DNA of 64,000 nt from Eledone cirrhosa (GCA_964016885.1 OZ024740.1:303118001-303182000), one strand, 5' to 3'. Shown: positions 12,193 to 26,788, numbered from the stretch's first letter. Notes: generated by a model from the letters alone, not told the origin. A program made the numbers and translations.

Positions 12193-12978
12193 TCTGTATA
12201 TATATATAAAATTAAGTGTGTGTGTGTGTCTGTGTATTACCTACATCTTACGACCGATTTTCATGAAACTTTACAGGCTCTTAGATTAGTCATTGGGGAG
12301 TGTTTTCTATATATTAGCGCATCGTTTTTTTATTCCGGGGTCATTCTGCAGATAAATGCTTTTTTTAGGTATCGAAAAATAAAATTTTTGGCTCTAGCTC
12401 CCACATTTTGCCACCAATTTCGTTCAAATTTTAAAGCAAAATAGAATTTATCATTGCACATCCGGTAATGGCTTTATATTTTGCATTTGTTGTTCAGGAA
12501 CGGCGTGGCAGCTGCTTAAATATTCAAAAATATCACTTTTAGACTCCAATTTCCACCTTTTCGGCTCTAGTTCCCACATTAATCAACCTACTTTGTTCAA
12601 ATTTTACACTACGCTAGATCTGATTATTTCCCGTCTTAACGTGGCTTTACATTTTGGATTTTTTGTTCAGGAACGGCGTGGCAGCCGCTTAAATATTAAA
12701 CAATACCACCTTTTCGCTCAAATTTCCGCCTTTTCGGCTCTAGCTTCCACATTTTTCAACCGATTTCGTTCAAATTCGAAACCCCCCCCCCCCCTCCCTA
12801 GCATGCCCCTTCGTCAGTCACCCGCGTTTCTCAGTGATAGAAGTCATCACCACCCTCCCCCGCATGTCCTGTGTGTGGCCATAGATGAGTCATCGAGAAG
12901 CAGTCGCTAAGATCAACACCTTTTCATCAAAGCAGATATTATTCTACCTACCCAGGCAACGCTGGGTACTGCTGCTAG
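12193..12978 (+). mobile_element. Non-autonomous Helitron with internal tandem repeats of about 175 bp
   Basis: Starts A|TCtgtatatatatataaaa; subterminal hairpin cccaggcaacgctggg; ends CTAG|T. The motif ggctctag.t.ccacatt occurs three times (about 12390, 12563, 12736). Confidence 0.85.
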
Positions 12979-13874
12979 TACCATATAAACTGAGAGGACT
13001 AACATAACTGAACTTTTATGACTTATTCTACAAATATTTTCTATTTCAAAATTATCTTTTAAAATTTATGTCAAATAATATTAATTTTCACTCATAGTTT
13101 TTATAATTTGATTACACTTAGAATCCCTTTCTAATCTTTATGCATTCATAAATCACAATGTTTAATTTTCTTGTGAATTTGAATGATTTTTATCTTAAAT
13201 TGTTGCTAATTATACTCCATCTTTTACTGCCTGTCTCTGCTTGTGAGCATTTATCCACAAAATTAACCTTTAGCCCTGTATGAACTATTTAGAAGCATAA
13301 GCTAATGTTTTATAAACAGCTTCTGACCCTATGAATTTGCCAAGCCTAAGCAACTGATTGAATTTATATTCCGACTTCAGTATGCCCTTCCCTAGAATAA
13401 GCATTAATGGAACATTACAATCCTCTCTAAAACAGCATTACGCTAAAACATACTTATTTTTGCTTATTTTTATCAATTCCTTATCTTTGATAATTCTGGC
13501 AGATTATTTAACCTACCAGTTTACCTAACAACTCCAGATTGTTGTTTCTAAAGAACCAATGAATTTAACTACTTTTTTTTTTTTCTTAAATCATAAATTA
13601 TTTCCGTTTTCCCTAATTTTCTTTCCAGCAGTTTTATTCGACCTTTTCCATTTAAGAATTAAAACCTACATCCAAACCTAATACATAGTTATCCTTTGCT
13701 AGATCATTGCTTATTTCTATTTAAGAAATGATTAAAAACACAACCATTAATATTAAATAAAAAGAAAATGTTTTTCATTGTTCCATGCTCCATTAAATTT
13801 GATGAAAATATTTCATTTACCCTTTGTATTTCATTATACATTATTCTACATGTTATATCCACCTTTAATTCCAG

Positions 13875-13962
13875 GTTTAGTCTTTAATGGACTCAAAGTT
13901 CTTGACCTGGCTGCTGCCAACAACTCCAGAGTAACCATAGAAGGGAATGTAAAATTGGTGAA
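13875..13962 (+). CDS. NRXN: Neurexin exon, end of LNS6: GLVFNGLKVLDLAAANNSRVTIEGNVKLV(K)
   Basis: Acceptor ttccag|G and donor AA|gtatgt (phase 1-2). Matches neurexin [29 protein letters not shown]. Confidence 0.93.
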
Positions 13963-16900
13963 GTATGTCTACTAATTATAAATTTTTTTTCTTTCGATGT
14001 TTTATGTTTTAAATACTTAATTTCATTTTTCAACAGTTCACTTCATATCATTACACCAGTTATATGGAAAGATAATGATTCCTTTAAAATCATTCATATT
14101 GCCATTTTAGTTACATATTATGAGACTAACATGGCATAGCTCTCATCTCTTTGTTATGTTATAAAATGAAGTAATAGATATATTTAAATTCATTTCATTT
14201 ATAAAAGAACATCTAAAGAAATAATGTACACATTATTGCTGTGGTGTATAGAGAAACGTTTCACCTTATGAAGGTAAGCAATAAAACAAAACAAAATGTT
14301 ATCTGAAACAAGTTCTCTAAAATATGGTACCTTTGATGATGAAAAAAAATCAAATAAGAAATAAAATACAGATTTGTATTTTCTGCTCTCAAGGAAGTTG
14401 ATTATATATTGTACTCTGTTCATTATAACTTATTTTTTACAGTAAAATCAGGTAATACAAGGTCCTTGATCAAAATATCACTAATAAATATTATTCAACT
14501 TTTTCATTTATTTTCATACATAACTTCATTTCTGGATTTCTACAACAAAAGAAAACTTTTTTAATAATGCTGAAAATTTTATATAAGACAAAGTGTATAT
14601 TGTACTTGTATATTAATTATGTGTATATACATATTATGCATATAAATATATGAAGTTTCTTTACATATCTGAATAAGTATATACAAATATACATATATGC
14701 ATATATTTGTGCCTGCAATTGTATGTATGTGTGTTGATATATGTGTGTCTGTTGTTATGAGAGTGTGTATGTGTGTGTGTGATTGACTACACTTAATATA
14801 TTTCAGGCATGCTTGCATCTAAATATATTTTTATGCATGCTTGGTTGGTGCTAGGATTTATCTTGACATCTTCCTCAAGACATTGTTCACTTTACATGTG
14901 GATTATTTCTCCATATATCCTCAGAGAAAGTTCTCTTCTCTAACGTAATTTTGTTTCCATTTTCCACATGATAATTGATAATTAAAAATCAAAAAGTATC
15001 TTTTGTTATTTTAGTTTTGTATCTCTCCTCAAACATGAAATTTTATAATTATAATTGACAAGATTCTTCATTCATTTTTCCCCACAATTCATTTTATTCT
15101 TCCCTAAATTGCAATACATAATAATAAACTCATTCAATTCTTACTGGTGTAAAATTTCTCATAGACATATTTTCTTTTGGATATGATTAAATATCACCAC
15201 AAACTTTTATTTTTTTGGTTATGCAATGTCACCAAGATCTTTTTGTTTTTGTATGTGTGTTTCAAGAAAACAAAAGGCAGTATTTATTTTCCTTTGTTAC
15301 TCTGATACTATTCAGAGAGATGTTGAATACAAACTTGTTATTAAAGTTTGATTTATTAAAGTTGTTTTCAAAGTTTGGCGGATGGAATTTTTTATTGATG
15401 GTACACCGTACTTTTTGAGATTTTTCAGTATCTTTCCTTTATTTATGAATCAAATAATCAACCCATTTAAAAGCATTTACTATATCATTCTGTCTGTCTG
15501 TCTGTTGGCCAAAAGGGAAATTGAAAAAAATGAAAAGAAAATAACTGAAATTTTGCACTAAATATTAAAGAAAATAGCCCATGACTGCCAGTAAATCTAA
15601 AACCTCAACATCATTCAGTTTTATTGCCATTATCATCAACTTCATCATCTTATATTTATTTATTTATTTCAATTTTAAAGCCAAAATTTTGTTTGCTTCT
15701 GTTACAGATTATACACATCACTACAAACATAACTATTCCACTAGATAGAAATTCTTTTGAAATGAATTCAAATAAAGATCATCCATTTTTACTTTTCTTA
15801 TTTTATTTCATTCTTTAACTGTCTTACTCATTCTTTCCTTCACTTCTGGATATTGTTTCCTCTCTTACTTTCCCTTCATATCTCACAACAATATTCCTAC
15901 TTCTACAAATCTTTCTTCCGACCATTTATTACTACTTTTCTCCAATAGAATTCTTGCAGTGTTTTATTTAAAATTATCCCAAATCCTCTAATATTTACCA
16001 CCATCAAAATTTTAATAAGTTTTTAAAAAAGTATGTTCTTAGGAATCATGTCAGTTTGTACTAATGATTTGACAAAAATTAATAGAAAATGTTTAATTCG
16101 TAAATAAAAGAAAATATAAATTATATAACTAACAGAAACGTCAAGAGGAAAATGTTGCATGTAAATTAATTTCAACCCAGCATCACCCAATTATTATTAT
16201 GGGGTTTTAATTTCACTTCCAGGATGCCTTATACTTGTGTTAGTGTCACCAGTTCTCATTTAAAAAAAATAGATTATATTTTCTTTACAGATACTATTTT
16301 TCATTAATTAGATTTAAGTTATATTAATTCAGAAATGTTTCTCAGTAAAGGATAATAAAAAAAAAAAAGTGGTTTGAAGCATGACTAATTATTGTATATT
16401 TTAGAAGTAAGGATACTTAAAATATTCCAAATGGTTTCTAGTAAGCACTGTTATGAAAACTATAAACATAGCTAAGAGGAACATCCAAACTTTTATAATT
16501 TAAGCCAAACTGTTCTTAAAATAAATAAGATTGGAATATTTTATGTGAACCTTATATGCATGTGAATAGACCAAACAATATATTTGTATATATAAATAAT
16601 ATGTATCTATTTCAAGCATGCCTATCTGGGTATCTAACTATGCATGTAAATGAATGAGTGAGTAATTAGTTTCAGTCTTACATAGTAAAGGTTTATTGAG
16701 AAAGCAGCCTTTTCACATTTAATGTAAATATATGCAAAAATGTCTCTGAATAATTAGAAATTTGGAATATGTGTACATATGACATAAGGATAAGTTAATA
16801 AATAACCAAATTGTTATCCTTACTATGTATATGTGAATTCGTACCATAAAAGAATGAATGTCTTGTTCACAGTTATTCTTTGTTTAACTGCATACAATAT

Positions 16901-17964
16901 TTTGCTAGAGCTTTTACTTTTCGATTTCTTTAATTATTTTTAATAATCACTCTTTGTATTACCTCCTTTTTATAAGCCCACTCAAGTTGAAAATTTTTCA
17001 ACAGTGAAATATATGTTCTTGTTCTACCAGTGTCTTATATATTACATCCAATACATCATATACTCTATACTTAGAAGGAATGTGAATTTCATAATATAGT
17101 CATGTTATAAATTAAATCCTTGATAAGCATTGCCCAATGTTCCTTCCGTAAAAGTTTTTTCCATTAGTATTCCTTCAGGAACATTCCTCTTTTAAAGAGA
17201 TATAGCATAAATAGAGATCCAACTTCTAAGACCCTAATAAATTAAAACAAATCTTCATGAATACAAATTTTTCTGATTCTCGTATAATTTTTCTGATTCT
17301 GGTATATAATTTCCTTATCTATATCTAAAGACTGCACAGACTTTGTGCAGTGTTAGTTAGAAACTAAATGTTTTTATCTGAATTCTCACTATCTGTTTTG
17401 TAGCTAGTCAGTGGCAACATTTTTTCTAAATTGCTGTAGTCACAAACAAACATGAAATTATATTTTACTATCCATAAATTAACCAGTTAAAAAATCTATA
17501 AATAAACTAAAATGTTCAAAGAATGCATTTTAACCATATGATCAGATGCAATTATTGGAGATATAATAAACTTCTGTTTATTGTTCTGGAAAGTCATGCT
17601 TCAATGCTACATACATTCAAAATCTGTAAACTTGCCATGGCTAATTAAATAGGATATGATCTGCATACAAAGGCACTACTCTAAAGCCACAATTTTGGCG
17701 TGAATTTCTTCGCTCACTAATCTATTAGGCAAAAAGTTATAGAGTGTTATATATATGCAAATTTGGTAAATATTTTAATATGCAGTGAAGTTAAGATGCC
17801 TTACTACTTGACCAAATGGGATTTGCAAAGCATTATGACTGACAAGAGGTTTCACTTCTAATTCAATGTTCATAGGAGGAAAAGTGTTCAATATTACAAG
17901 ATGTATTTAGGTAGCATGAACTTATTGATTTCTCATTTATGCACAAGGCCAAAGTTGATTAAAT

Positions 17965-18115
17965 CTTGACTGGCACTCTATTTTGTTGACCTCAAAAGGA
18001 TGAAAGGCAAAGTTGACCTTGGTGAGAATTAAACTCAGAATATAAAAAAGTCGAAACAATTACTGTAATGGCATTTTATCTGATGTTCTACAAATAGAGC
18101 CAATCTACCACCTTA
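17965..18115 (-). mobile_element. SINE fragment
   Basis: gatgaaaggcaaagttgaccttggtgagaattaaactcaga is the reverse complement of the SINE motif at 20540-20590; the motif is also seen at about 21960 and 50410. Confidence 0.6.
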
Positions 18116-20467
18116 TTAATATGCAAATATTTAAAAATATTCATCCTTGTTCGAGTGAAAAGAGATATCAAACAATAAAAGAAAAATATTACAGAACTGA
18201 GGAATAACTTAGAATTTATTAAAGACTAAAATTTAAATGTGGCCATACAAGGAGTGGACACAATATGAAAAAAGGAAGTACAAGTTGGAACTGAAGCCTA
18301 AATTTTCTCGTAAATACTTTGATGCATTTTCACTTATATTATTTAGGCCTTTATAAATTTAACCAAATCCTTATAAATATATTTCAAGCATCTGAGTCCT
18401 CATTATCAGCTGTTTACCAATTTGCTGAGGTCTCAAATAAACACACACACACACATATATATACATAAGAAGTGTAAGTTGGTAATTAAATAACACATAC
18501 TCGAATTAATATATACATATATATGTAAAGCCTCAATTTGTCAACCATATAGTTGTTTTCTCAACTTGTCTGAACTTTTATATATATATACATATATTAT
18601 TTATAATCCATAAATTAGCCAATTGATATAATTATATATCAAGCAAGATCTTCAAAGAATACATTTCGATATTTTGAAACTAAGTAAATAAATAGAGATT
18701 TTTAAAATATTAGAACTAGCTGTCACGCAAACCTAAATCTGTTAGTAGGATTTTTAAAGTAGGTTTGACATCCATCTAATGCTTACCCTTTAATTTCTTA
18801 TGTCCTGTCTTATCACAGACTTAAATTTTTTTTAAATAATAAAAAGAAAACTAAATATTAACATAAGTAGATATCTTCTGTAATGCTGAATTTGTTGTAT
18901 ATAGTTCTATATCCGCTTTGTAAATATATTAGTAGTTTAAACTCAAACCTCCTCATGCAATGTTATTTGCAATAATGCATCTAATTCTATTAATTTGTTC
19001 CAGGCTGTGTACCTTAACTATATATTTATTTATGTTACCACTGTTTTTATAATCATTACAAGCTGTTTTCTCTCTCCCTATGTAAAGAATATATAAGTAG
19101 ATGGAAATGTATGCGAGTTAGGCATTTCCATTGTATTTCTATTTTACATTTTCTACACCATTTATAAACACAATATGTAGTCATTTAAACATTTATTCTA
19201 TTAAACAGTATTCAAAATTACCTTATATTCAACACACATTCAAATTACTTTAGAAAGACATGAACCCCATAACTTCTATGTTCATTCTATGCAGAAGTAT
19301 TTAACTGATAAAGTTAATCACCTTCATTATGAAACATCAGGTGGTTACTTCTCTATGCAAGAAACAAATGTAATAAATATGATATTTCTTCATGCCACTA
19401 TATAGATGTGAATGTGTGCATGAAGGTGAAAAAGTAATACTACATTACTATAACTTTTGTCACCTGTTAATCTAAAAAAGAATTGCCAATAATTTGCTTC
19501 AAGGTTCATGACATAAATAAAGGCTGTAGTAGTTAATTTAAGATACATTTGATGGTGTTTCCCTGTATGTGGTTTTTCAGGATATTTAAAGCAAAGCTTA
19601 TGATCTATGTATACCCTCCCCAGTTAGTGATTTATTTGAACTCCTGTAGGTTAATTCCTATAGGGAAAATGTGGGCATGAAGAAATTCCAAGTGGTTGTT
19701 TCTAGGTAGAAGAAATTGGGCAAAATGCTTAGTTCAGAATTCATATATGTGGAAGAATAGAGAGAGGATGTTTTCAAGGTTTCCTTTCATGAAAGCAATG
19801 TAGATGTGTTTACATTGTATGAAGGCTAATATTGAAATGCATAATGTTGATTATAAGTGGTATAAACTACATAAGAGTGCCTGTTGTTTGAATTAAGATC
19901 ATTAATGTATAATAGAAAACTTCTATTCAAAAAGAAAAAAATAACATGATTTCATAAGTCATGAAACTGAACTAGGAGGCTCTTTTACTAGGTACCTATA
20001 AATATATATATAATTAGATGAATATATATATATGCGTGGGATGTAGATATTTTTTGTTGAATCATCAGTCTGAAGAGCAGATTGATAATGGAGTCAGGTC
20101 CATAACTTCTATGGGTGACTCTCTACCAAAAAAAAAATTCTACTAAAGAAACTGCTTGAATATGTAGTGCAGGAGCCTTCTGAGGGTGTATCCAATCCAG
20201 TACCACATTCTCCACTTGATCTCTGCTGGGTTTGCTCTCATAAACCTTTTCTGCTGATCTACTTCGATTTGCTGATTCTAAGTATCCCCTTAAGGCAGAG
20301 TTGATGCTGGTCTGAATGTTTTTAAAGTGTTTTTCACATACCTTCAAGTCTCAGTCCCATACAATATGACTGACATCATGTTTGTATTGAAATTACAAAT
20401 TTTAATGTTCTTGACGATTAGTCTCAACTTCAAAATGATATTTAGCAGGAGTAATGTGAGGCATATA

Positions 20468-20612
20468 GGCCGCGAATTGGCAGAGTCATTAGAACATTGA
20501 ATAGAATATTTTGTGGTATTCATTTCACTTCACTGCTCTCTGAGTTTAAATCCTGCCAAGGTCAACTTTGCCATTCATCCATTCAAGGTCGATAAAAAAA
20601 AATGTACCAGTC
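20468..20612 (+). mobile_element. SINE fragment
   Basis: ctgagtttaaatcctgccaaggtcaactttgccattcatcc..gtcgataaaa, a degenerate B-box plus core. Confidence 0.6.
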
Positions 20613-22003
20613 TGGTTCAATTTCCTCTGTATCTCTTTCTCACTTCCATTCTCACAAACTTTCTATTCTTCTCTGGACGAAATCTACTGTATTCAAACCA
20701 GGAGAGGGATGGGTTCTGTCAGGTTTAAAAAAAGCCCTAGAAATGCCATTTGTCAATACAGTGCCCCTACAACTCCTTCAGGGCTTATGGGACTATGCAT
20801 GCAATGTGAGGCACGTGAATATATAACCAAGCCAAATAGTGAAATATAAATATCTATAATATACACAATCTCCAAATTATATCTATAGCAGATAGCAATA
20901 ACACAATGCCTATGTTGTGAGTTGTGGAAATACACAGTAGGATGTAAACCAATGATATGTAAAAACAGCCAGAATACCAATAACAAACAATTTGCTACAA
21001 AAAAATGAACTTTTTGCAAGTGATAAAGTGCATTGAAATCAACTTGATTTCAGAAAGTTTGTGCACTATGTTATATATATAAACAGCAACACACAACTTA
21101 TGAATTTCTTTGCACAGTGCTGTTGAGACATGAAGTCATCAAAGACTTTTGTGAACTTGACTACCAGAAAAAGACTGTGTCTGGAAATTAGTTATATTGT
21201 AGATATTTCTATTTCAATATGAATATGTGGTTACTTTGATAACTTTCGGCCAGTATTGGCACAGGCTATGTCTAACTTAAAAGCAAACTCAAGTGCTTTT
21301 TTATTTGAACATTATCTATACACATTGGGGGTGAGGGAGACAATACACAGGCATATGCAAGTGTGGAATATTAAAGGAAATATATTTAAGTACTGCATTT
21401 GACTACTAACTACATAGACATGAATTCCAATCTTCCCAATATAGCCATTGGATTATGTCTTTGGTAAGCACATTCCACAGCATGATAGAGTTTACTAAAT
21501 TAATATGTTCACTACTACTTCATGGATAAATAGGTAATATTTAGAGGGGCATTTAGCTGTAAAATCATTTTCTCCACAGGCTTTCTCATTCATGTTACAA
21601 TGAAGAGGTTAATGTTAACTACATACACACATACATTCATACATACATATACATAAACACATGTATATATACATATATATATATGTGTGTGTATGTATGT
21701 ATATAGTTCAAGGAAATGAAAAACAGAGGTACAAAAAGTCTTATTATTTTCATGCCTTATATGGAAAAGGGGATATATATATATATATATATATATATGA
21801 ATGCATGCATGGTCCTGCTTTTCCAGAGGTCATTTTTATATCTGTCAGAACCCATTTCTCTCCTGGCAGATTTCTTCCAGAAAAGGATAGAGAGATTGAG
21901 AGAATAGAAGTGAGAAAGAGATATAAGGGAAAAATATACCCCAGTACTTGACGTTAATTCTTTTTACAGACCTAAAAAGAATGAAAGGCAAAGCTGGCCT
22001 CAA

Positions 22004-22038
<35 letters not shown>

Positions 22039-23715
22039 CATAAAACATGCTATTAGCTAAATATTACTAAAGTGCTTTGATGTCTCTACCATATTCAAAT
22101 AAATTTCTGTATAGCATTATATGTTTCTATGTTAATATATTTTCTCACTGGCATTTGCTTTGATTAAATATTTTATTAGATTGCTAGCATTAGATTAGAT
22201 AACTAATATTACATTATTAGTTGTATTGAATTACTTGTCCTGCTACCAGATATAGAATTTTACAGACTTTTGAATTATTCCAAATATTGCTTTCCATAGG
22301 ATTAATGATCTATCATATCTCAATTATAGAAATGTTTACCTCCCACCTGTTCCATTTCCATTTCCCCATATCCTTGACCATGTCTGATCCTTTCATTCAA
22401 TAAGTTCAGGATTAGGAATTGCTGACCACAAGTCTCTGGCATTTAATTTGGTTTCCAATAATGAACAGTATACAATTTTGTAAACATTTGGAAATTGCAC
22501 ATATTTACTCTTTTAACCAAAGATACATTATATCCCTTGCAAAAGGAGGCATATATATGTATGTTTTATTTATTAGTGAAAGTAAAAGAGTTTCCTATAG
22601 CATTTTGAGTCACTTCTAGACTATGTAAATTTAGAATTGTTAATATAAAGAGGAATTACTGAAGGTGAAACAAAACATTTGATGAGGATATAGTTCTTGC
22701 AAAAATTAATTGGAAAATATTTCCATGCAATGTCTGCTAGTTAAAAATCTCGAGTTGGTAAGCAGATGCAAGATGGTTACATTGAATGAATTTCAAAGGG
22801 GCCGACTACTCCTGTAATAGAAGAAGCAAAGAAGATCCAATGAAATACTTAGCTCAGTATTTGGGTGAATGGTTATTGCATGTATGTATGGTCCTGTAAC
22901 TTTAGAGGGGGTCATAGGGTGTCATATTGACATACAGCGTTTCTATGGCATGTTTTAAACCTGATGGAGCCCATCTTCTCTCTGTCTGAATACAGCAGAT
23001 TTCTTCCAGAGAAGGATAGAGACAGTAAGAGAATGGATGTGAGGAAGAGATTATAGAGGAAGGATCGACCTCAGTAGTACCATGGTCATTAGAGTGTTGA
23101 TAAATGGAAGACTTACTATTGGTCAGACTGTTTTGATAGATAAATGAAAGTCTTGCTATTGGTCAGACTGGTTTGAAAGATAAATCTCAGACTTCGTTAA
23201 ATTTGAGCTATGTAAAAGTATGGAATATTTTAAGATATGTATTCAGAATATAAGAGACATATTTAGTGATCATAGTCTCAGGTCAGTTCAAGTCTTGTGT
23301 GGGAAATTGTGTTGATGATGAAAACTCTAGAATATAAACCATCAGGTGGATTATATTTGCATTTTACACTGATTTTTCCTGGGAATTACATTAAGGATAA
23401 GCATATATTTGGAGTACTCAAGCTTATGTGTGGTTGAGTACTCCACATGGATCAGACATTCCGTTGGTCAAACAGCTGAATGTTCAATAATGAAACTAAC
23501 AGAGGATCCATCCATATTCTCATCATCAACATCCTCATCATCATCATTATCATATATTTATGTACATGTTGCAAGTAAACACAAACACTTGAATCATATA
23601 CCAAATATAATTTTACAAATGAAAATGAAATGCAAAGTAAGAAGAGTGATGTAATAGCAATAATATATTGTTTGATACATAATAGGCACTAAATTATTTT
23701 ATTTATATACCCACA

Positions 23716-23748
<33 letters not shown>

Positions 23749-23750
<2 letters not shown>

Positions 23751-23823
23751 CTATGACTACTGTCCAATGGTTATATATATATATATATATATATATATAA
23801 CCATTGGACAGTAGTCGTAGCTT
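23749..23823. repeat. Palindrome: 25-bp arms around a (TA)n centre
   Basis: agctatgactactgtccaatggtta-(TA)n-taaccattggacagtagtcgtagct, with one T.G difference. Confidence 0.9.
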
Positions 23824-25014
23824 TCAAGGGTTTTAGTTGATCATATGCTTAATTTATCACTCCCTATTTGTTAAACCAATGAGTTTTGTGACATAAAGAA
23901 ACAGAACATAAGCAACAGTAAATGGAACATTGGTCAATTTCTCTTAGATTTTGAGGAATTAAACTCCCCTGAAGAGAATGGTTGATTCTTCAATTATTGG
24001 TGGTTTCAATAAAAATTCTTCCCCATATGAAACTATGGTAGGTAGATCTATGTATAGGCAAGTTTAGATAGACTATTTTATTCTCATCTATCTTGTTTAT
24101 ACTCCCATGAATTGAGTTTTTTCTCATTTAATTTTAATATGTATATTTTCCATGCTTGCATGGGTTGGATGGGTCCTTCTCAGCATGGCATTTCTCCACT
24201 CATGTTCCTTCATCATCTCCTCTGTGAGTCTCAGTGACTTGAAGTCAGCTAGAGAGAGAGAGAGAAAAGGAGGAGGATGGGAGGCATGACTGTGTGGTGA
24301 CGAAGTTTGCTTTATGACATTGTGGTTCCAGGGTTGATAGTTGAAGCCTCATCAGGCCGTTGCTTATCCTTGGTTTCCTTAGTGTTAAGCAACTATCCTC
24401 AGTTTTCTTAGTGTTAGTACAAGTCTCTCCCTGGATAGGATGCCAGTTTATTGCAAGATTAACTCACCAGCTACAGCTGGTACTCACTCTCAGCTGATTG
24501 TACTCTAGCAACTTGAAATAAAATGTTTTGCCCCAGAGTCCAACACACAATCTGATCTAGGAATCAAATTGATCATGCATCAAGCATCCTAACTAAATAT
24601 TTTCTATTCTATTCTTGGATTGATTTATTCCATATGAGTGGAATTTGATAGATGGATAGATAACATTTTTAGACATGTCTAAAAAATAATGTTGTTATTT
24701 ATATTGTTTATATTTTATAAATATATATGTATATATATATAAATCATCATCCTCCTCATCATCATCCTCATATTTTAACATCCTCTTTCCCTGCTAACAG
24801 GGCTTGGCTAAGTCTTCATAGACCAAGTCAGTACTGAAATGGGGCTACTGACCTCCCAGACAGATCCTCCCAACCCCTTATTTGGTAAAATTTCTATGGC
24901 CAGAGCTCAGCGATTGGGTCCCAACTCTTTATGATATAACCATACTCTACTACCCCAAGTATTGCGTACTCTGTTGAGTAATCGTCAAACCAGTTTCAAA
25001 CTGAATCCATCCTG

Positions 25015-25068
<54 letters not shown>

Positions 25069-25082
25069 ATATATATATATTT

Positions 25083-25470
25083 ATTAAAATAACAGATTAA
25101 AGTTTAAGCAAAGAATCGCTGCTTTCACCCTTAACAGGATCTTCTGAAACTAAAAAATCAATCTGTGAACTCAGAAATAAATGTTTCAAAAAACGTTGCA
25201 GCCGAAGGAAAACAGGAAGACAATACTTTGGTTTGTGAAGACGTTCCCTGGCAATGAATGGAAAAAAGCGAAGATGATACGTTGTTATGTGGAGCGATGA
25301 GAACAATTACACGCAAAGACAAACCCCCGTTTATGGTATAAATGGAGTCATTAGACTAATATTCCATTTAGGAAACCGAATGATTCTTGGCTTCAGAGTT
25401 AAGAATAATGTAAATAAATTAGTTGAACGAAAATGGCAGAGGTTATTAAAATCATAAACGCAATAATAAT
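25083..25470 (-). mobile_element. (TA)n-anchored non-coding element with a terminal hammerhead, family C copy 1
   Basis: Aligns over about 290 bp with 60011-60300, and both copies end at the same base against (TA)n. Confidence 0.75.
25092..25166 (-). ncRNA. Extended type I hammerhead-like fold with a variant core (CAGAAGA)
   Basis: ACAGAUUGA-uuuuuu-AGUUU-CAGAAGA-U-CCU guuaa GGG-U-GAAA-GCAG cgauucu UUGC-UU-AAACU-UUAAUCUGU; all three stems pair. Confidence 0.65.
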
Positions 25471-26788
25471 TAAATATATACATACATGCATCTATATACG
25501 TACATACATGTGCATACACGAAAACACCTGCCATGCATGCATATACATGCATGTACACATAAACACGCACACACATACATAAATCCGTGCGACACATGTA
25601 CCCGCACACATACGAACATATACACCAAATACACATAAAAAAATATATATGTGTGTGTATATATACATATAATTATATAAACGTATATAAATATACACAC
25701 ATAAATACGTATATAACACACACACACACATACCTAAAGGTAAATCCACATATGTTCACCAAACGTACGTCAACCAAAACACAATGTACACATATACACA
25801 CCTTACATAAGTGCAAACACACATACACACATACACACACAAACACAAAATACACACATACACATATACCAGTATATATAATATAATATATACACCTATA
25901 ACAAATACAAGCATATATACGTACGAGAAAGTATACGTACCTTCACAAAACATACGGGTAAGGTATACTTACAAATAAGTAATGGTATAAACATAAAATA
26001 TACTTAGCTAACACATCAAGACGTAAATTATCCACGTATTGTTCGTACTATCCGTTAGGGTATAATGTGGAGCTGTAATACAGGAAGGTTTTATGCAATT
26101 TGTGTTTACAAATCATCATGTTTGCTCTAGGGTTCTTATATATTTGAAATATATTTATCCTTATCGAGCCCTCTTTGGATTTTAGTCTTCACATTTATTA
26201 TTATTACTATATATATATATATATTATTCATATATATACAACATATATAATATATGACATATAGTATATGTCATATATTATTATATGCATATATGCCTAG
26301 GACATCTTTTTATGAAGTGTTTGCCCAATGAAAGCTGAACAATTACAGCTCTTGCTAACTAACCACAGTGAATCAGTCACTTTGGATGTTGACTATGCTA
26401 GTTATCACCCATTTATAGTGTTGGCTAGTCAGCTATTGCCTAATTTCCTGTCACACAGTTACTACAGAACCATATATTTCTAATCAACATAATACTCTCT
26501 GCAATACAGAAGTAAATTTAATTCCTATAGTTTTAGAGATTGCTACAGTGGAAAGTATATATGATAATAAACCAAAAGACATTATTTATCATTTTTATTT
26601 ATTAATATGGGAGAAAGATGTAGTGCCATGGTTTCTCTGGAATTTTTAGACTATGAGATTGAGATAACTGTATAATTCTTGCTGAAGAGTATTTGAGGCA
26701 AAAATATGGTTAGATTTGTAATGATACAGCTTTATCGAAAAATGTAGAGTTATTTGGAAAGTATTTTGATATGGGTTTAGATATTTAA

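Noticed and set aside
18380-18420. Possible further hammerhead on the - strand (ctgataatgaggactc..ttgaaat)
   Set aside because: The core lacks G8 and the stems are unconvincing.
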